A stretch of DNA of 64,000 bases from a virus. The notes beneath the pieces were generated by a model that saw only the letters and a program-made list of their open reading frames with translations, made no database searches and was not told where the DNA came from. Where the stretch lies: positions 1 to 64,000 of IMG/VR virus record IMGVR_UViG_3300045988_113377. One strand, written 5' to 3'. Below, in pieces: positions 8,860 to 18,608 of this stretch (position 1 is its first letter; each line of letters opens with the position of its first letter). The position numbers were made by a program, and so were the translations under genes.

Positions 8860-9252
8860 ATGAAAACACAAGAAGAATACGCACTTGAAATTGACGAAAT
8901 TGTTCGCCGGGATGTAGAGAGCTGCCAGAGTGACTGGTTTATAATCGACAGGGAGATATTTATGCAGCCAGAGAATAAGAACAAGACATTTATTTTGGGA
9001 ACAAGAAAGACCGGGTGCGATATGATCGTACTTGGAGGTACTAATTGCGGTGGATCCGATATGGATTGGCTTTTTGGTTGCCTTGGCAATGAAAATTTTT
9101 ATGTATGCCAGCCAGTATCTTTCTATAAATCACAACAAGAAATCCAGAAAGTAAATCCGCTTTATGCTTTCAAGGTGGCCACTGCTTATTTTAGAGAACA
9201 AGGGAAGGTTCCGGTATTTGAAGATAGTAACTGTAGATTAATAAAACTATGA
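8860..9252 (+). CDS. hypothetical protein (130 aa)
   Basis: ORF only. Confidence 0.5.
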   Translation: MKTQEEYALEIDEIVRRDVESCQSDWFIIDREIFMQPENKNKTFILGTRKTGCDMIVLGGTNCGGSDMDWLFGCLGNENFYVCQPVSFYKSQQEIQKVNPLYAFKVATAYFREQGKVPVFEDSNCRLIKL

Positions 9253-9656
9253 GCATAAAAGTAATAAGATACAGGTTGCCATCTTGTTGGGCTTGTCCGT
9301 TAATCAATGATGATTACACTGGATTAACGGATGAAGAATGTGAGGAAATCCATAAAATACAAGATATGGAAAGATTGAATTTTGAAACATTGTTTCGTAT
9401 CGTAAGATGGGATTACAACCGTTGCTTTAAGGATGAATCACTGGACAAGGATTTGTTCATAGAAAAATACGGGAAAGTTATGGGTGAACATTATTATAAC
9501 AAGTTTGTCCATGAATTTGACGGAAATATTCTGAAGATGGTTGGTTACTTCAGAGGTTCCGAAAAAGAGGGGCAAGTCTTCTGCGATATGATAACCGAAC
9601 GTATTGAAAAATACGAAAAGAGAATGTCATATGATAAAGGTAAGTTAAACAATTAA
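9249..9656 (+). CDS. hypothetical protein (135 aa)
   Basis: ORF, ATGA overlap. Confidence 0.5.
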   Translation: MSIKVIRYRLPSCWACPLINDDYTGLTDEECEEIHKIQDMERLNFETLFRIVRWDYNRCFKDESLDKDLFIEKYGKVMGEHYYNKFVHEFDGNILKMVGYFRGSEKEGQVFCDMITERIEKYEKRMSYDKGKLNN

Positions 9657-9668
9657 AAAGATATTTAT

Positions 9669-10730
9669 ATGAACAATTCAATGGTCGCTCACTTGTGGGC
9701 TCATGAACAAGAAGAATCAGCATCAGGGAGCAATTTCTTCTTTGAAGGTGCAAGTATTTATTCTTATGGGTATCACTTTGAAATCGGAAGAATAGTAAAA
9801 AACAAACAAGGGAAGAAAGCATACCTGATAAATGAAGATTATTATTCTGCTACCACGAGCAAACATCAATGCTATGCTCGTAATGCGATACCAACTTGGG
9901 CAATGGTTCTCAGTGTAGGGGATAATATATCGGATACTGGTAATATGAGGTTCGTTGCCAGCAAACTGGAATCAATTAAGAAGTCTATTGAAAAATACAA
10001 AAGAGCTAAAACAGAATTATCTTATACAGATATTTGGGGCGCTTTTGGGAATATGATGGATTACATTCAGTTCTTTAACATGGGAACTGCTAAGAGTATC
10101 CTTAAAAAGAGTGCTAATGATTGGCTTGGAACCAATCATGAATTATCCAAGAGCGGAGATAGTATCAAGCGTAAGCACGTACATGAATTAAAACGCATCT
10201 TTCAAATTTTATTGGATCATCAAGGATTAAAAGTGTTAGGGACCGTAAATGTGATTGTTGATGAAGTTTGCGGGGAAGGTACATGGATTAAGTATTCAGA
10301 AAGATCTGAAAGATGGAGAAAGGGTGAGGAAGAAAGAGAAAGAATAAAATTAGAGAGATTAAGAAAGGAAGAAGAAGCCCGTTACAAGGATTTTGATGAA
10401 AAACTGGAAGAGTGGAAGTCAGGAGAAATCAATTTCTTGAATACACCTTTCTATATTCCTGGTGAAAAACCTAACGCCTGGATTCGTATAAAAGGAAATA
10501 TTATTGAGACAAGTAAACAGATAAAGATTGGAATAGCAGAAGCCAGAAAACTGTGGCGGGCTGTGTCGGCAATGCACCGGGGCGCCGAGTTTCGGCACGG
10601 TCTGGTGGAGGACATCACCGGTCACCAGTGGAGTCTAAATCGGTACGAAAACAATTTGCTAACCGCTGGATGTCATAGGATAGCATATAACGAAATGGAG
10701 AGAATAGCAAAACAACTGGGATGGGTTTAA
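9669..10730 (+). CDS. hypothetical protein with charged coiled-coil segment (353 aa)
   Basis: RWRKGEEERERIKLERLRKEEEARYKDFDEKLEEWK. Confidence 0.55.
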   Translation: MNNSMVAHLWAHEQEESASGSNFFFEGASIYSYGYHFEIGRIVKNKQGKKAYLINEDYYSATTSKHQCYARNAIPTWAMVLSVGDNISDTGNMRFVASKLESIKKSIEKYKRAKTELSYTDIWGAFGNMMDYIQFFNMGTAKSILKKSANDWLGTNHELSKSGDSIKRKHVHELKRIFQILLDHQGLKVLGTVNVIVDEVCGEGTWIKYSERSERWRKGEEERERIKLERLRKEEEARYKDFDEKLEEWKSGEINFLNTPFYIPGEKPNAWIRIKGNIIETSKQIKIGIAEARKLWRAVSAMHRGAEFRHGLVEDITGHQWSLNRYENNLLTAGCHRIAYNEMERIAKQLGWV

Positions 10731-10776
10731 GTAACCCATCTTGTTTTATTGATTACATAATTAAAAATAAAAAGAT

Positions 10777-11519
10777 ATGGAAAATCCAATTATTGTTCCG
10801 TTTGATTTAAATACGGCGAGAAAAATTAAAAGCGGAGAAATAGAAGGTTCAGTATTAATTGGTAATATTAAAATAGAATTTGTATATGAGTCAAAAGACT
10901 GTGCAGATCGTTATAATTTACTTTTTGTAAAAAAGATGAATCTGGGATAAGTGCTATATATGCCGATACAGAAGGTCGTACTTTTTTCAACAACGTTCTG
11001 GAATTGGAAGTAGAGGCTGGAGCGTATTTTAAGAAAGGAGATGTATTAATAAGCACGCTTGGGAACCCATTTATATATAATGGTATTATTAATAGAGAAG
11101 GAGATATGGGATGCATATATGGTATATCGGCATATGGCGAGATTACATCTGAAGAAGTTCCAATATGGACAAGTGTGTGTGGTGAGGATAAATCCAAGTA
11201 TGTTAGATTAGCCACAGAGGAAGAGAAAAAATCTTTTGCTGAAAGAATTGCTAATACAGAAAACCTTAAAAAAGCAGGAATAATAAAACAATATCTAAGT
11301 GAGTACGAATACTTGCTGACTAAAGAAAAGAAATGCGATTTTAAGCCATTCGATCAAGTCTTGGTGAGAGCAAGCAATTTGGGAAATTGGAATCTACACT
11401 TATCTGCCAGAGTAAGAGAAGAAGAATACAAATATGAATGCTTGGGAGGTTTGAGATACAAAGAGTGTATTCCATACCAAGGAAATGAGCATCTTTTAGG
11501 AACTAATAAAAGCAAATAA
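10777..11519 (+). CDS. tandem paralog of N-terminal two-thirds of 11524..12705; two frames (10777-10950 and 10917-11519) joined by putative -1 frameshift at A_AAA_AAG 10929-10935
   Basis: frame-1 product MENPIIVPFDLNTARKIKSGEIEG... and frame-0 product ...SAIYADTEGRTFFNNVLELEVEAG... are colinear homologs of consecutive segments of the downstream protein; classical slippery heptamer at the junction. Confidence 0.5.
10929..10935 (+). promoter_or_regulatory. candidate -1 programmed ribosomal frameshift slippery heptamer A_AAA_AAG
   Basis: heptamer in phase with upstream frame; -1 shift enters the long downstream frame. Confidence 0.4.
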
Positions 11520-11523
11520 GATC

Positions 11524-12705
11524 ATGGAACAGAGAACAGCAACAATTCCGTTTGATTTAGAAACGGCGAAAAAAATAAACATAGGGGAAATAGCAGGTCG
11601 TATTGTGACAGAGAAAGGACAAAATAGAGCAGAAATCGTATATGAAGACAATTCGTCAAATTGTCCGTTATTGGTTGTAATTCATTCGATTTCTGTATCG
11701 GCAGACTGGTTTTCTGCTACAGGAAAAGCACTTAGCAGCGAAAATCGCCTCCTTCTTGAAGTCCCGGAATATACTACGTTTAAAGATGGAGAGGTGTTAA
11801 GTAATAAAGATGGTAGCTATATCTTTATTTTAAATACACATGGGAAATATTTAACATCTTTTTATGCCTCTTTAAATCAAAAAGGTATTCTTAAAATAGA
11901 AGATGGTTTATCTGCTTGGGAAAATCAGATAGAAAAATACAGATTTGCCACTGAGTCCGAAAGACAAAAGTTGGTTGACGCATTAAAGGCAAGCAAAGAA
12001 CCTGAAGCTAAAGAGTATCTGAAACGCTTCTTCGGGATTGAAGAAAAACCGAAATATGATTTTAAGCCGTTTGACAAAGTGCTGGTAAGAAAAGAAGGAA
12101 ATAAAAAATGGAATATCAGTTTGTTTGCAAGGGAAATTGTGGACGATTATAATGGATTGCCTTATAAGTACGAATGTTCCAATGGAACATTATGGGATTA
12201 TTGTATTCATTTTGAGGGTAATGAATGTCTTTTAGGAACTACTGAAAATCCAGAAAAAATGAAAATGGTAAAATTATCTGATTTTTATCCTTATGACAGA
12301 AACAAAGGAGGAATACAGGAATTGCATCATAAAATTGAGTCCAAAACACTTCAGTATTGGGGTGAAGATAGTGGTATTCTGATCGGCATCACTCCGATAT
12401 ATAAGAGACGTTTGTGGAGCGAAGAAGTGAAAGTTGTAAATGATAAAATGACAAATATGAAAACAAGAACATACGAAGGGGTGCAGCACGGAGACTGGGT
12501 AAGATGTGTCTTATGTGGAGCACGAATGCTTCTTCCATGTGGAGCTGACAAATGCCCAGAATGTAGCAGTGAAGGTACTTTAACGTGGGTAGATGAAGAT
12601 AAGCAAGAAATGGATGCTAAACATCTGGATTGTCTTGTTCCAATACGCAAATTGGAGTTACAAGAATATCTGTCCCCAGAAATTTTGAAAATGGAACATA
12701 TATGA
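11524..12705 (+). CDS. hypothetical protein (393 aa), paralog of preceding gene; C-terminal Cys-rich Zn-ribbon-like region
   Basis: shared IPFDL...GEI N-terminus and FKPFDxVLVR...W domain with 10777..11519; CVLCGARMLLPCGADKCPECSSEGT. Confidence 0.6.
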   Translation: MEQRTATIPFDLETAKKINIGEIAGRIVTEKGQNRAEIVYEDNSSNCPLLVVIHSISVSADWFSATGKALSSENRLLLEVPEYTTFKDGEVLSNKDGSYIFILNTHGKYLTSFYASLNQKGILKIEDGLSAWENQIEKYRFATESERQKLVDALKASKEPEAKEYLKRFFGIEEKPKYDFKPFDKVLVRKEGNKKWNISLFAREIVDDYNGLPYKYECSNGTLWDYCIHFEGNECLLGTTENPEKMKMVKLSDFYPYDRNKGGIQELHHKIESKTLQYWGEDSGILIGITPIYKRRLWSEEVKVVNDKMTNMKTRTYEGVQHGDWVRCVLCGARMLLPCGADKCPECSSEGTLTWVDEDKQEMDAKHLDCLVPIRKLELQEYLSPEILKMEHI

Positions 12706-12775
12706 AAATAGAATACATACAAAATGTAAATGCGGTGCAGTCACTATCAGATTTGATAATGGAGCTTCGAATAGC

Positions 12776-13000
12776 ATGTTTTGGGAAACATTTGAAAAAT
12801 TGGATTTGGATGCTGGTGATGCCACATGGCTTCACCAGTCCTGCTGCTGCGACCACTGCGTCAACCATTGGGGAATAGACTTATGCGATTGTGGATCAGA
12901 ACATAAGGTAGGAGAATGTGAATGTGGATCCCAAAAGGCACATGATACATTAGGGATTAAATATGATTCGTTTGGAGCAATATTAAAAAACTTTGGATAA
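12776..13000 (+). CDS. small Cys/His-rich protein (74 aa)
   Basis: CCCDHCVNHWGIDLCDCGSEHKVGECECGS. Confidence 0.4.
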   Translation: MFWETFEKLDLDAGDATWLHQSCCCDHCVNHWGIDLCDCGSEHKVGECECGSQKAHDTLGIKYDSFGAILKNFG

Positions 13001-13476
13001 TGGATATAGTGAGCAAATACACCGCCTTGTTAGGACAAAAGAAACTAAAAGAATCATTTGTGAAAGATTTGGAGCTTGTATTATCAAGAAAAGATCCTAA
13101 TATAGAAAAAGGGAAACTTAATTTCATTCGTTATTCAGAAATGAAAAATTGGAGTGTAAGAGAGTTGTTTGGTGAAGACTTGGAACAAGCTGATAGGGCT
13201 TTAATAAACAAGGTGTATCATATGCTATTTGATATAGGTTCGGATTTTGAATCGGTTATAAGAATGCTATATAGCTTTCGTAACGGACCTAAATCGGGGA
13301 TAAAAGTGGCGGATCCAGAGGATAATTACGAATGGACTAACAAGGACGGAAATGAAAAATATTCTACTAAAAATCTCCCAAAAGCGCATTTTAGATGGGA
13401 TTGGAGAAGATATACCTTATCAAAAGAATCAGTTGATAAAATAACGGAGTTTGTAGACACCATATTAAAATCATAG
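13000..13476 (+). CDS. hypothetical protein (158 aa)
   Basis: ORF only. Confidence 0.5.
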   Translation: MDIVSKYTALLGQKKLKESFVKDLELVLSRKDPNIEKGKLNFIRYSEMKNWSVRELFGEDLEQADRALINKVYHMLFDIGSDFESVIRMLYSFRNGPKSGIKVADPEDNYEWTNKDGNEKYSTKNLPKAHFRWDWRRYTLSKESVDKITEFVDTILKS

Positions 13477-13583
13477 AGAAATTATGAACGAAGTAATTTT
13501 AAGCAACATGTTAGGATGTCAGCGGATTAAAGCACAAAGACGTATCGTTTGCTATCTCACTGACGGAGCATGATAGCGTACAA

Positions 13584-13955
13584 TTGCTTGACGATGATAG
13601 CCGTGAAAAATCCGGAAGTGAGACATATTACGAACGTAAATGTGATGCGCTGTTTGACATTGACGGACGCGGCAATACGGAACGCCTTGTGGCCAGAAAT
13701 CCAAAGTTGAAAAATTTGCTGAAAGATGGCGAGTATATACCATCTCTTGGTCAATTAAATTTAATGGCCCATTATATGGACGAACTAAACAAAGCATTCG
13801 CTTATGTTTCGGCATCTCCCCTCTCCTCGACGTGGTATAGATCCAGTACCGAGAGCAGCCCGAGCGTCGCGTGGTACGTGGACTTCTCCATTGGTAGCGC
13901 GTACTACAGTGACAAGTACAACAGTAGCAGGGTTCGGGCGGTAATTGATTTTTAA
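13584..13955 (+). CDS. hypothetical protein (123 aa), 3' half unusually GC-rich
   Basis: ORF; local GC-rich patch 13790-13950. Confidence 0.3.
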   Translation: MLDDDSREKSGSETYYERKCDALFDIDGRGNTERLVARNPKLKNLLKDGEYIPSLGQLNLMAHYMDELNKAFAYVSASPLSSTWYRSSTESSPSVAWYVDFSIGSAYYSDKYNSSRVRAVIDF

Positions 13956-13966
13956 AAAGGATTACA

Positions 13967-14764
13967 ATGATAACATCGGTAAAAATAAAAGACAACACAA
14001 AAACTCCTTTTGAATATGCTTCTGACATAGAAGCATTTGAAAATGGCAGAGAATTTATTTTCAAGCCAGGAGTGAACGTAATTATAGGTAAAAACGGTAG
14101 TGGAAAATCAACCTTGCTTAACATCATATCAATGTATGCGTTATGTGAGAAATCCATGTGCTCTGAAATACCGATCGAGGCACTGGATTTTCCACCTATA
14201 TTTGATGATGATGACAAGGTTCTTGATGGGATTGACATATCATCCGATTATGCAGGGAAAGTATTCCGTTTATTGCCATCGGCGGAGATGAATCGAGATA
14301 GTGTATTAAAAAACATCAGCAACTTAGATTTGTATGTGAATAATATTCGAAGATCTTATGGAGAGAAAGTGGTGTTATCATTGGAATCACTTTTCAATTT
14401 AATGTTCGGTCAAAAGGATTATACATTTCCAATACAAGATCTTGTAGAATACAAGAAAAAATCAAATGCGTTTTGGATTAAAAGAATTGATAACCTGTTG
14501 AAGTATTATGAAAGAAACCGCATAACATTAACAGAAAGCAGTTTTGAATACACGGTTCTCATGGATGAGCCAGATAGGAATCTTGACATTGACAACATAA
14601 TGCAAATTTATAATGTATTGTCATTCCATAAACCACAAACACAAATTATAGCCATAGTACACAATCCGGCATTGATTTACAAGTTAAGCAAATTAGATTG
14701 TGTGAATTTCATAGAGATGACAGAAGGGTATCTTAATAAAACTTGTACATTTGTGTCCAATTGA
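13967..14764 (+). CDS. ABC-type/AAA_21-like ATPase (Walker A GKNGSGKST, Walker B LMDEPDRNLD, H-loop IVHNP), 265 aa, no fused effector domain
   Basis: motifs read from translation. Confidence 0.65.
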   Translation: MITSVKIKDNTKTPFEYASDIEAFENGREFIFKPGVNVIIGKNGSGKSTLLNIISMYALCEKSMCSEIPIEALDFPPIFDDDDKVLDGIDISSDYAGKVFRLLPSAEMNRDSVLKNISNLDLYVNNIRRSYGEKVVLSLESLFNLMFGQKDYTFPIQDLVEYKKKSNAFWIKRIDNLLKYYERNRITLTESSFEYTVLMDEPDRNLDIDNIMQIYNVLSFHKPQTQIIAIVHNPALIYKLSKLDCVNFIEMTEGYLNKTCTFVSN

Positions 14765-15073
14765 TCAAGGCATTTATATGTCATTTTAACACATTTTTTA
14801 TAAATCAATTAATTATTCATTTTTAAGTTACAGTCATGAAAACATTAAAAGAAAAAGACAAACAATCTTTTTTAGCAAGAAAAGAAGAAGCTTATTCCTT
14901 AATAATGGAAATGGGATCATTATTGGCAGATTATGATCATCAATGGTCTAATGAACTAAGAAGAAAATTTGAAAGAGCTACTTCTTTTCTTTCCTCTATG
15001 AATTAGAATATTTTCTATCATCGGGGAACTTATTGGTAGGATTATAGAATACAAAGTAAAACAACTTATTGCA

Positions 15074-15457
15074 ATGGCTTATTTCATATTAATGGGAAGA
15101 AGAATCCCCAAACAAGCTATAACAGGCTTCAAATTTCAAAATGAAACAGATAACATTCGTCCTTTTCTGTCAATCAGGATAAGGGGAAAGGACGAAATTA
15201 TACCTTTCAAAGATAAAAAGGAGATACAGTCCGTAAAAGCGCATCTGTGTTCTATCTTCTCCGGATTTGTAAAAATAGGCGACTGGTATCTCAAGATGTC
15301 GGAAGTTAAGGAATATAAGCCGGTGACCGCCGAAGACATGAACCCCTACATCTTGTTTAAGACATCTAAGTTCGGAAACATAAAAGTTCGTTTCCCGAAA
15401 GATGAAGATATGGATGCAGAATTATTGGTGTTAGATCAACTTTTTGATGTAGAATGA
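15074..15457 (+). CDS. hypothetical protein (127 aa)
   Basis: ORF only. Confidence 0.45.
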   Translation: MAYFILMGRRIPKQAITGFKFQNETDNIRPFLSIRIRGKDEIIPFKDKKEIQSVKAHLCSIFSGFVKIGDWYLKMSEVKEYKPVTAEDMNPYILFKTSKFGNIKVRFPKDEDMDAELLVLDQLFDVE

Positions 15458-15481
15458 ATTATTGATCATATTTTAGAAATC

Positions 15482-15733
15482 ATGACCTGGAAAGAATTAA
15501 AAGACAAAATATCCCTTATGACAGAAGAAGAGCAACGACAAGAAGTTGCAGTATGGGGAGAAAATATGAATCTAATGAAAGATTGTTCCTTGGAGAAAAC
15601 AGACGAGGATATGTACTACAACTCTGAATGGGATTATACTTGTGAAGAGAGTGAATTGGAACCGGAAGACAAGAATGACCCTGATGTACATAAGGTATAT
15701 GAAGCAGGAATGTATTATATTTATTCGAATTGA
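15482..15733 (+). CDS. hypothetical acidic protein (83 aa)
   Basis: ORF only. Confidence 0.45.
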   Translation: MTWKELKDKISLMTEEEQRQEVAVWGENMNLMKDCSLEKTDEDMYYNSEWDYTCEESELEPEDKNDPDVHKVYEAGMYYIYSN

Positions 15734-15751
15734 TTTTAAAAAGATCTGATT

Positions 15752-16498
15752 ATGGCAGCATTAACAACACTAAATATAACGGAAAAGAACGCTAATAACA
15801 GTTTGTCTGTAACTGTTAAAGTGAATGTCACCAAAGAAGGAGTGTTTACCACTAACTTGTCAAAAGAAGATGTGGACAAGATTCATTCTTATGGGATCAA
15901 ATTACCTACAAACAGATTAGGCAACGAAGGATATTTCAATAGTATAGCACTTTCTGATTTGGAAAGTCAAATCAGGGAAGTTCTGAAGAGATGTTTGAGT
16001 TATAAAATAGTAGAAGAAGTGCCTGTTATTAAGTATCAACTGGAAACGAATTGCACGTTTTCCTATGACAAAAACGGAAATATTGTCCCTAACCCCTCTA
16101 AGGAATGGACAGGAGGCGATGAAAATGGAGAATGGAGAGATGGAACTTCCCGTTTAGATGCCTTAAACACCCAACCTTTCGGTTTTAGTGTTTATGCAAA
16201 ACCATTTCTAAAAAGAGTAATTGAATATGGAAATGGAGAGACAAAAGTAGAATACGGCAGGTTAAATACAGAAAAAGGAACTTATGCGCACTGGCTGAAT
16301 TGTGTAACGAGCATATCATACAATATACATAAACAGGTAATGGAAGTGGAGTGTAACGAATGTACCTCGAAATTATTCGTTGATATGATCAAGTCCATTT
16401 GTAATATAAGCGAACAAGTTAAGAGTTTTGTCAATCCAGAACAAATAAAAGCAATTGCGGAGTCAAATGAACCGATTTTGCTTTTATCTAACAACTAA
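15752..16498 (+). CDS. hypothetical protein (248 aa)
   Basis: ORF only. Confidence 0.55.
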   Translation: MAALTTLNITEKNANNSLSVTVKVNVTKEGVFTTNLSKEDVDKIHSYGIKLPTNRLGNEGYFNSIALSDLESQIREVLKRCLSYKIVEEVPVIKYQLETNCTFSYDKNGNIVPNPSKEWTGGDENGEWRDGTSRLDALNTQPFGFSVYAKPFLKRVIEYGNGETKVEYGRLNTEKGTYAHWLNCVTSISYNIHKQVMEVECNECTSKLFVDMIKSICNISEQVKSFVNPEQIKAIAESNEPILLLSNN

Positions 16499-16651
16499 AA
16501 AATCATGAGGTATGTATGTGTTTTTATCTGCTTTCTGTTATGACTTATTTTTACGTTGCTATTATCATTCACTGTCATAGGATTGGTTATAAGCGTGAGT
16601 GATGAATGGCAGGAAATGGGTGATAAAATAATAGATAAACTTTAAAAATAA

Positions 16652-16936
16652 TTGAGCATGAGTAAATATACAGCAAAACAAATTGCCGAGTCCGATGATC
16701 TGTTTGATAAGCAAATACATAAAGTCAGAAAGTTTTATTTGAGTCGTAATCCTGATAAAATGATGATGCTCGAAGAAAGAAAAGCTGTTATCAAAGAACG
16801 AAATAAAGGTCTTTCCCCAGAATATGATAAGGAATATTATTGCGGAACCTGCGGAGCTAAAGACGGTGCGGAGCATCCTAAAACCGGATATTGCTTTCAC
16901 TGTGATACGGATAACTGGATTCCAAAAAATGACTAA
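16652..16936 (+). CDS. small Zn-ribbon protein (CGTCG...CFHCD)
   Basis: two CxxC pairs. Confidence 0.45.
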   Translation: MSMSKYTAKQIAESDDLFDKQIHKVRKFYLSRNPDKMMMLEERKAVIKERNKGLSPEYDKEYYCGTCGAKDGAEHPKTGYCFHCDTDNWIPKND

Positions 16937-16955
16937 CAGCTAAAATAATCGAATT

Positions 16956-17207
16956 ATGACAGCCGAGAAGTTTAAATCTATTTGTGAATATAAAGGAATA
17001 ACTTGGAATGATCTTGTCCGTATTAGGATTATCAGGCCAAAGAAATTTTTAGGATTCTTTAGGCAATTAACAGGTATAACAATCGAAGGTGCATTCAATA
17101 GATGTTCTGCTTGTGTTGAAATAATGGCTAATGATGACAACGGTGTTTCAATGATGCACTATATTGATTACGAAGATATTATAGGAGTTGAATTAATTAA
17201 AAATTAA
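16956..17207 (+). CDS. hypothetical protein (83 aa)
   Basis: ORF only. Confidence 0.4.
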   Translation: MTAEKFKSICEYKGITWNDLVRIRIIRPKKFLGFFRQLTGITIEGAFNRCSACVEIMANDDNGVSMMHYIDYEDIIGVELIKN

Positions 17208-17393
17208 AAATAATTGAGTGAACAGTTTGCAAAAATCAGTACGAATGCGTTGTTAGGATTATCAACATCCGCCACATAAGAACCATCTAATCCCGTAAAT
17301 ATCGTGATGCGTTGGTAGTATGTGTACAGATAGCAAGCAGGCGTTGGGATAAAGCATTTGGCAAACATTCACTCTAAATAAGAAATAGTAGAT

Positions 17394-17849
17394 ATGAATA
17401 CAGAATTTGAAAACATGGCTTTGCTGAATATAGAAGACTACAATGAGCTTAAAGCTAAAGCCGAAGCAACAGATGAGCAGATAAAGAAACAAGCCGAAGA
17501 AATGGCTAAGCCTGAAGTTGTCACATTGAAAGTGTGCTTTGATACATACGGATTATTATACAGGCCAAATACTTGTGTTGATGTTGAAATACCATTCTAT
17601 GATGATGAAAAAATCAGAGATATGCTTAACAAAGCAAGTGCTGATATAATGAAATGGTGCGACAAAAATATGGTAAAATACAACAAAGAACTCAAAGAAT
17701 CCAGATCTACAAAAAAACATTGCGAAGGACTAAGAAAGCATATCGCAAATCTCGAAAGGCGCCTCTTAAAGCATGCATTGGCAAACGTTATTTTATCTAT
17801 TATATCAGTTGCGGCTATAATTGCTCTTTTCACATTAATTCAAAACTAA
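17394..17849 (+). CDS. coiled-coil protein with C-terminal transmembrane helix (151 aa)
   Basis: ALANVILSIISVAAIIALFTLI C-terminal hydrophobic helix. Confidence 0.5.
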   Translation: MNTEFENMALLNIEDYNELKAKAEATDEQIKKQAEEMAKPEVVTLKVCFDTYGLLYRPNTCVDVEIPFYDDEKIRDMLNKASADIMKWCDKNMVKYNKELKESRSTKKHCEGLRKHIANLERRLLKHALANVILSIISVAAIIALFTLIQN

Positions 17850-17855
17850 ATAGAC

Positions 17856-18116
17856 ATGGAACAAGAATATGCTATTCCTCTTTTTAAAGCTGGTGCAGAA
17901 TGGCGCATTAACAGCGTGTGGCATTCTATAACAGTAATTCCAGATTGCCACCGTTTTATTGTGTTTCTCCCTAAGAAATCAACAATAGGATCAAAGAATC
18001 CAATTATGGGTATATTGGAAGAGAACAGAACTTTTATATCCAGCCGTCCAGGATGTATTTTATGCAGATTAGATGAAATGGAATCATGGGCTTATTTGGA
18101 TGATCTATTACCTTAG
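17856..18116 (+). CDS. hypothetical protein (86 aa)
   Basis: ORF only. Confidence 0.4.
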   Translation: MEQEYAIPLFKAGAEWRINSVWHSITVIPDCHRFIVFLPKKSTIGSKNPIMGILEENRTFISSRPGCILCRLDEMESWAYLDDLLP

Positions 18117-18149
18117 GTAATTATATACTCAATTTTAAAAGTTAGAATT

Positions 18150-18398
18150 ATGAAAAAAGATTTAACAGACAAAGAAAAAGAGGAAAGAATGAATTACCTT
18201 ACCATTCATAAATGTAAAAACGAGGATGAACGTAAAGAGTTAAAAGAATTATGTGATTGGTATTTTAAGGATACTCCTACATTAACTATGTCTTTTTCTT
18301 TAACAGAAGAAGATTTTCGGGTAACAATGGAAAGGGACGTGGAGTTGTCGGAGGTAGCCGGAGCGGTAAAGAATCAACACCATAAGAAGAAAATTTGA
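18150..18398 (+). CDS. hypothetical protein (82 aa)
   Basis: ORF; AATTTTAAAAGTTA motif just upstream. Confidence 0.45.
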   Translation: MKKDLTDKEKEERMNYLTIHKCKNEDERKELKELCDWYFKDTPTLTMSFSLTEEDFRVTMERDVELSEVAGAVKNQHHKKKI

Positions 18399-18404
18399 AA
18401 GGTT

Positions 18405-18608
18405 ATGACCGACAGAGAGCTTCTTGAAGAAAACAATAAGATGTTAAAGGAAATTCTAAGTTTTGTGAGAAAAGTTGATTCTGCTGAATACAGGGATCAT
18501 CAAGACTTTATGGAATTTCTTAGAAATGTGGCAGCCGATATATGGGTGGAATATACGGAGCCTGAACAAAGAAGTAAGTTGTTTAATCTAATAAATAAAG
18601 AAAAATGA
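18405..18608 (+). CDS. hypothetical protein (67 aa)
   Basis: ORF only. Confidence 0.4.
   Translation: MTDRELLEENNKMLKEILSFVRKVDSAEYRDHQDFMEFLRNVAADIWVEYTEPEQRSKLFNLINKEK

Noticed and set aside
13552-14238. 228-aa minus-strand ORF
   Set aside because: Antisense to the well-supported ABC ATPase gene and the upstream ORF. Low-complexity Ser-rich translation, so probably spurious.
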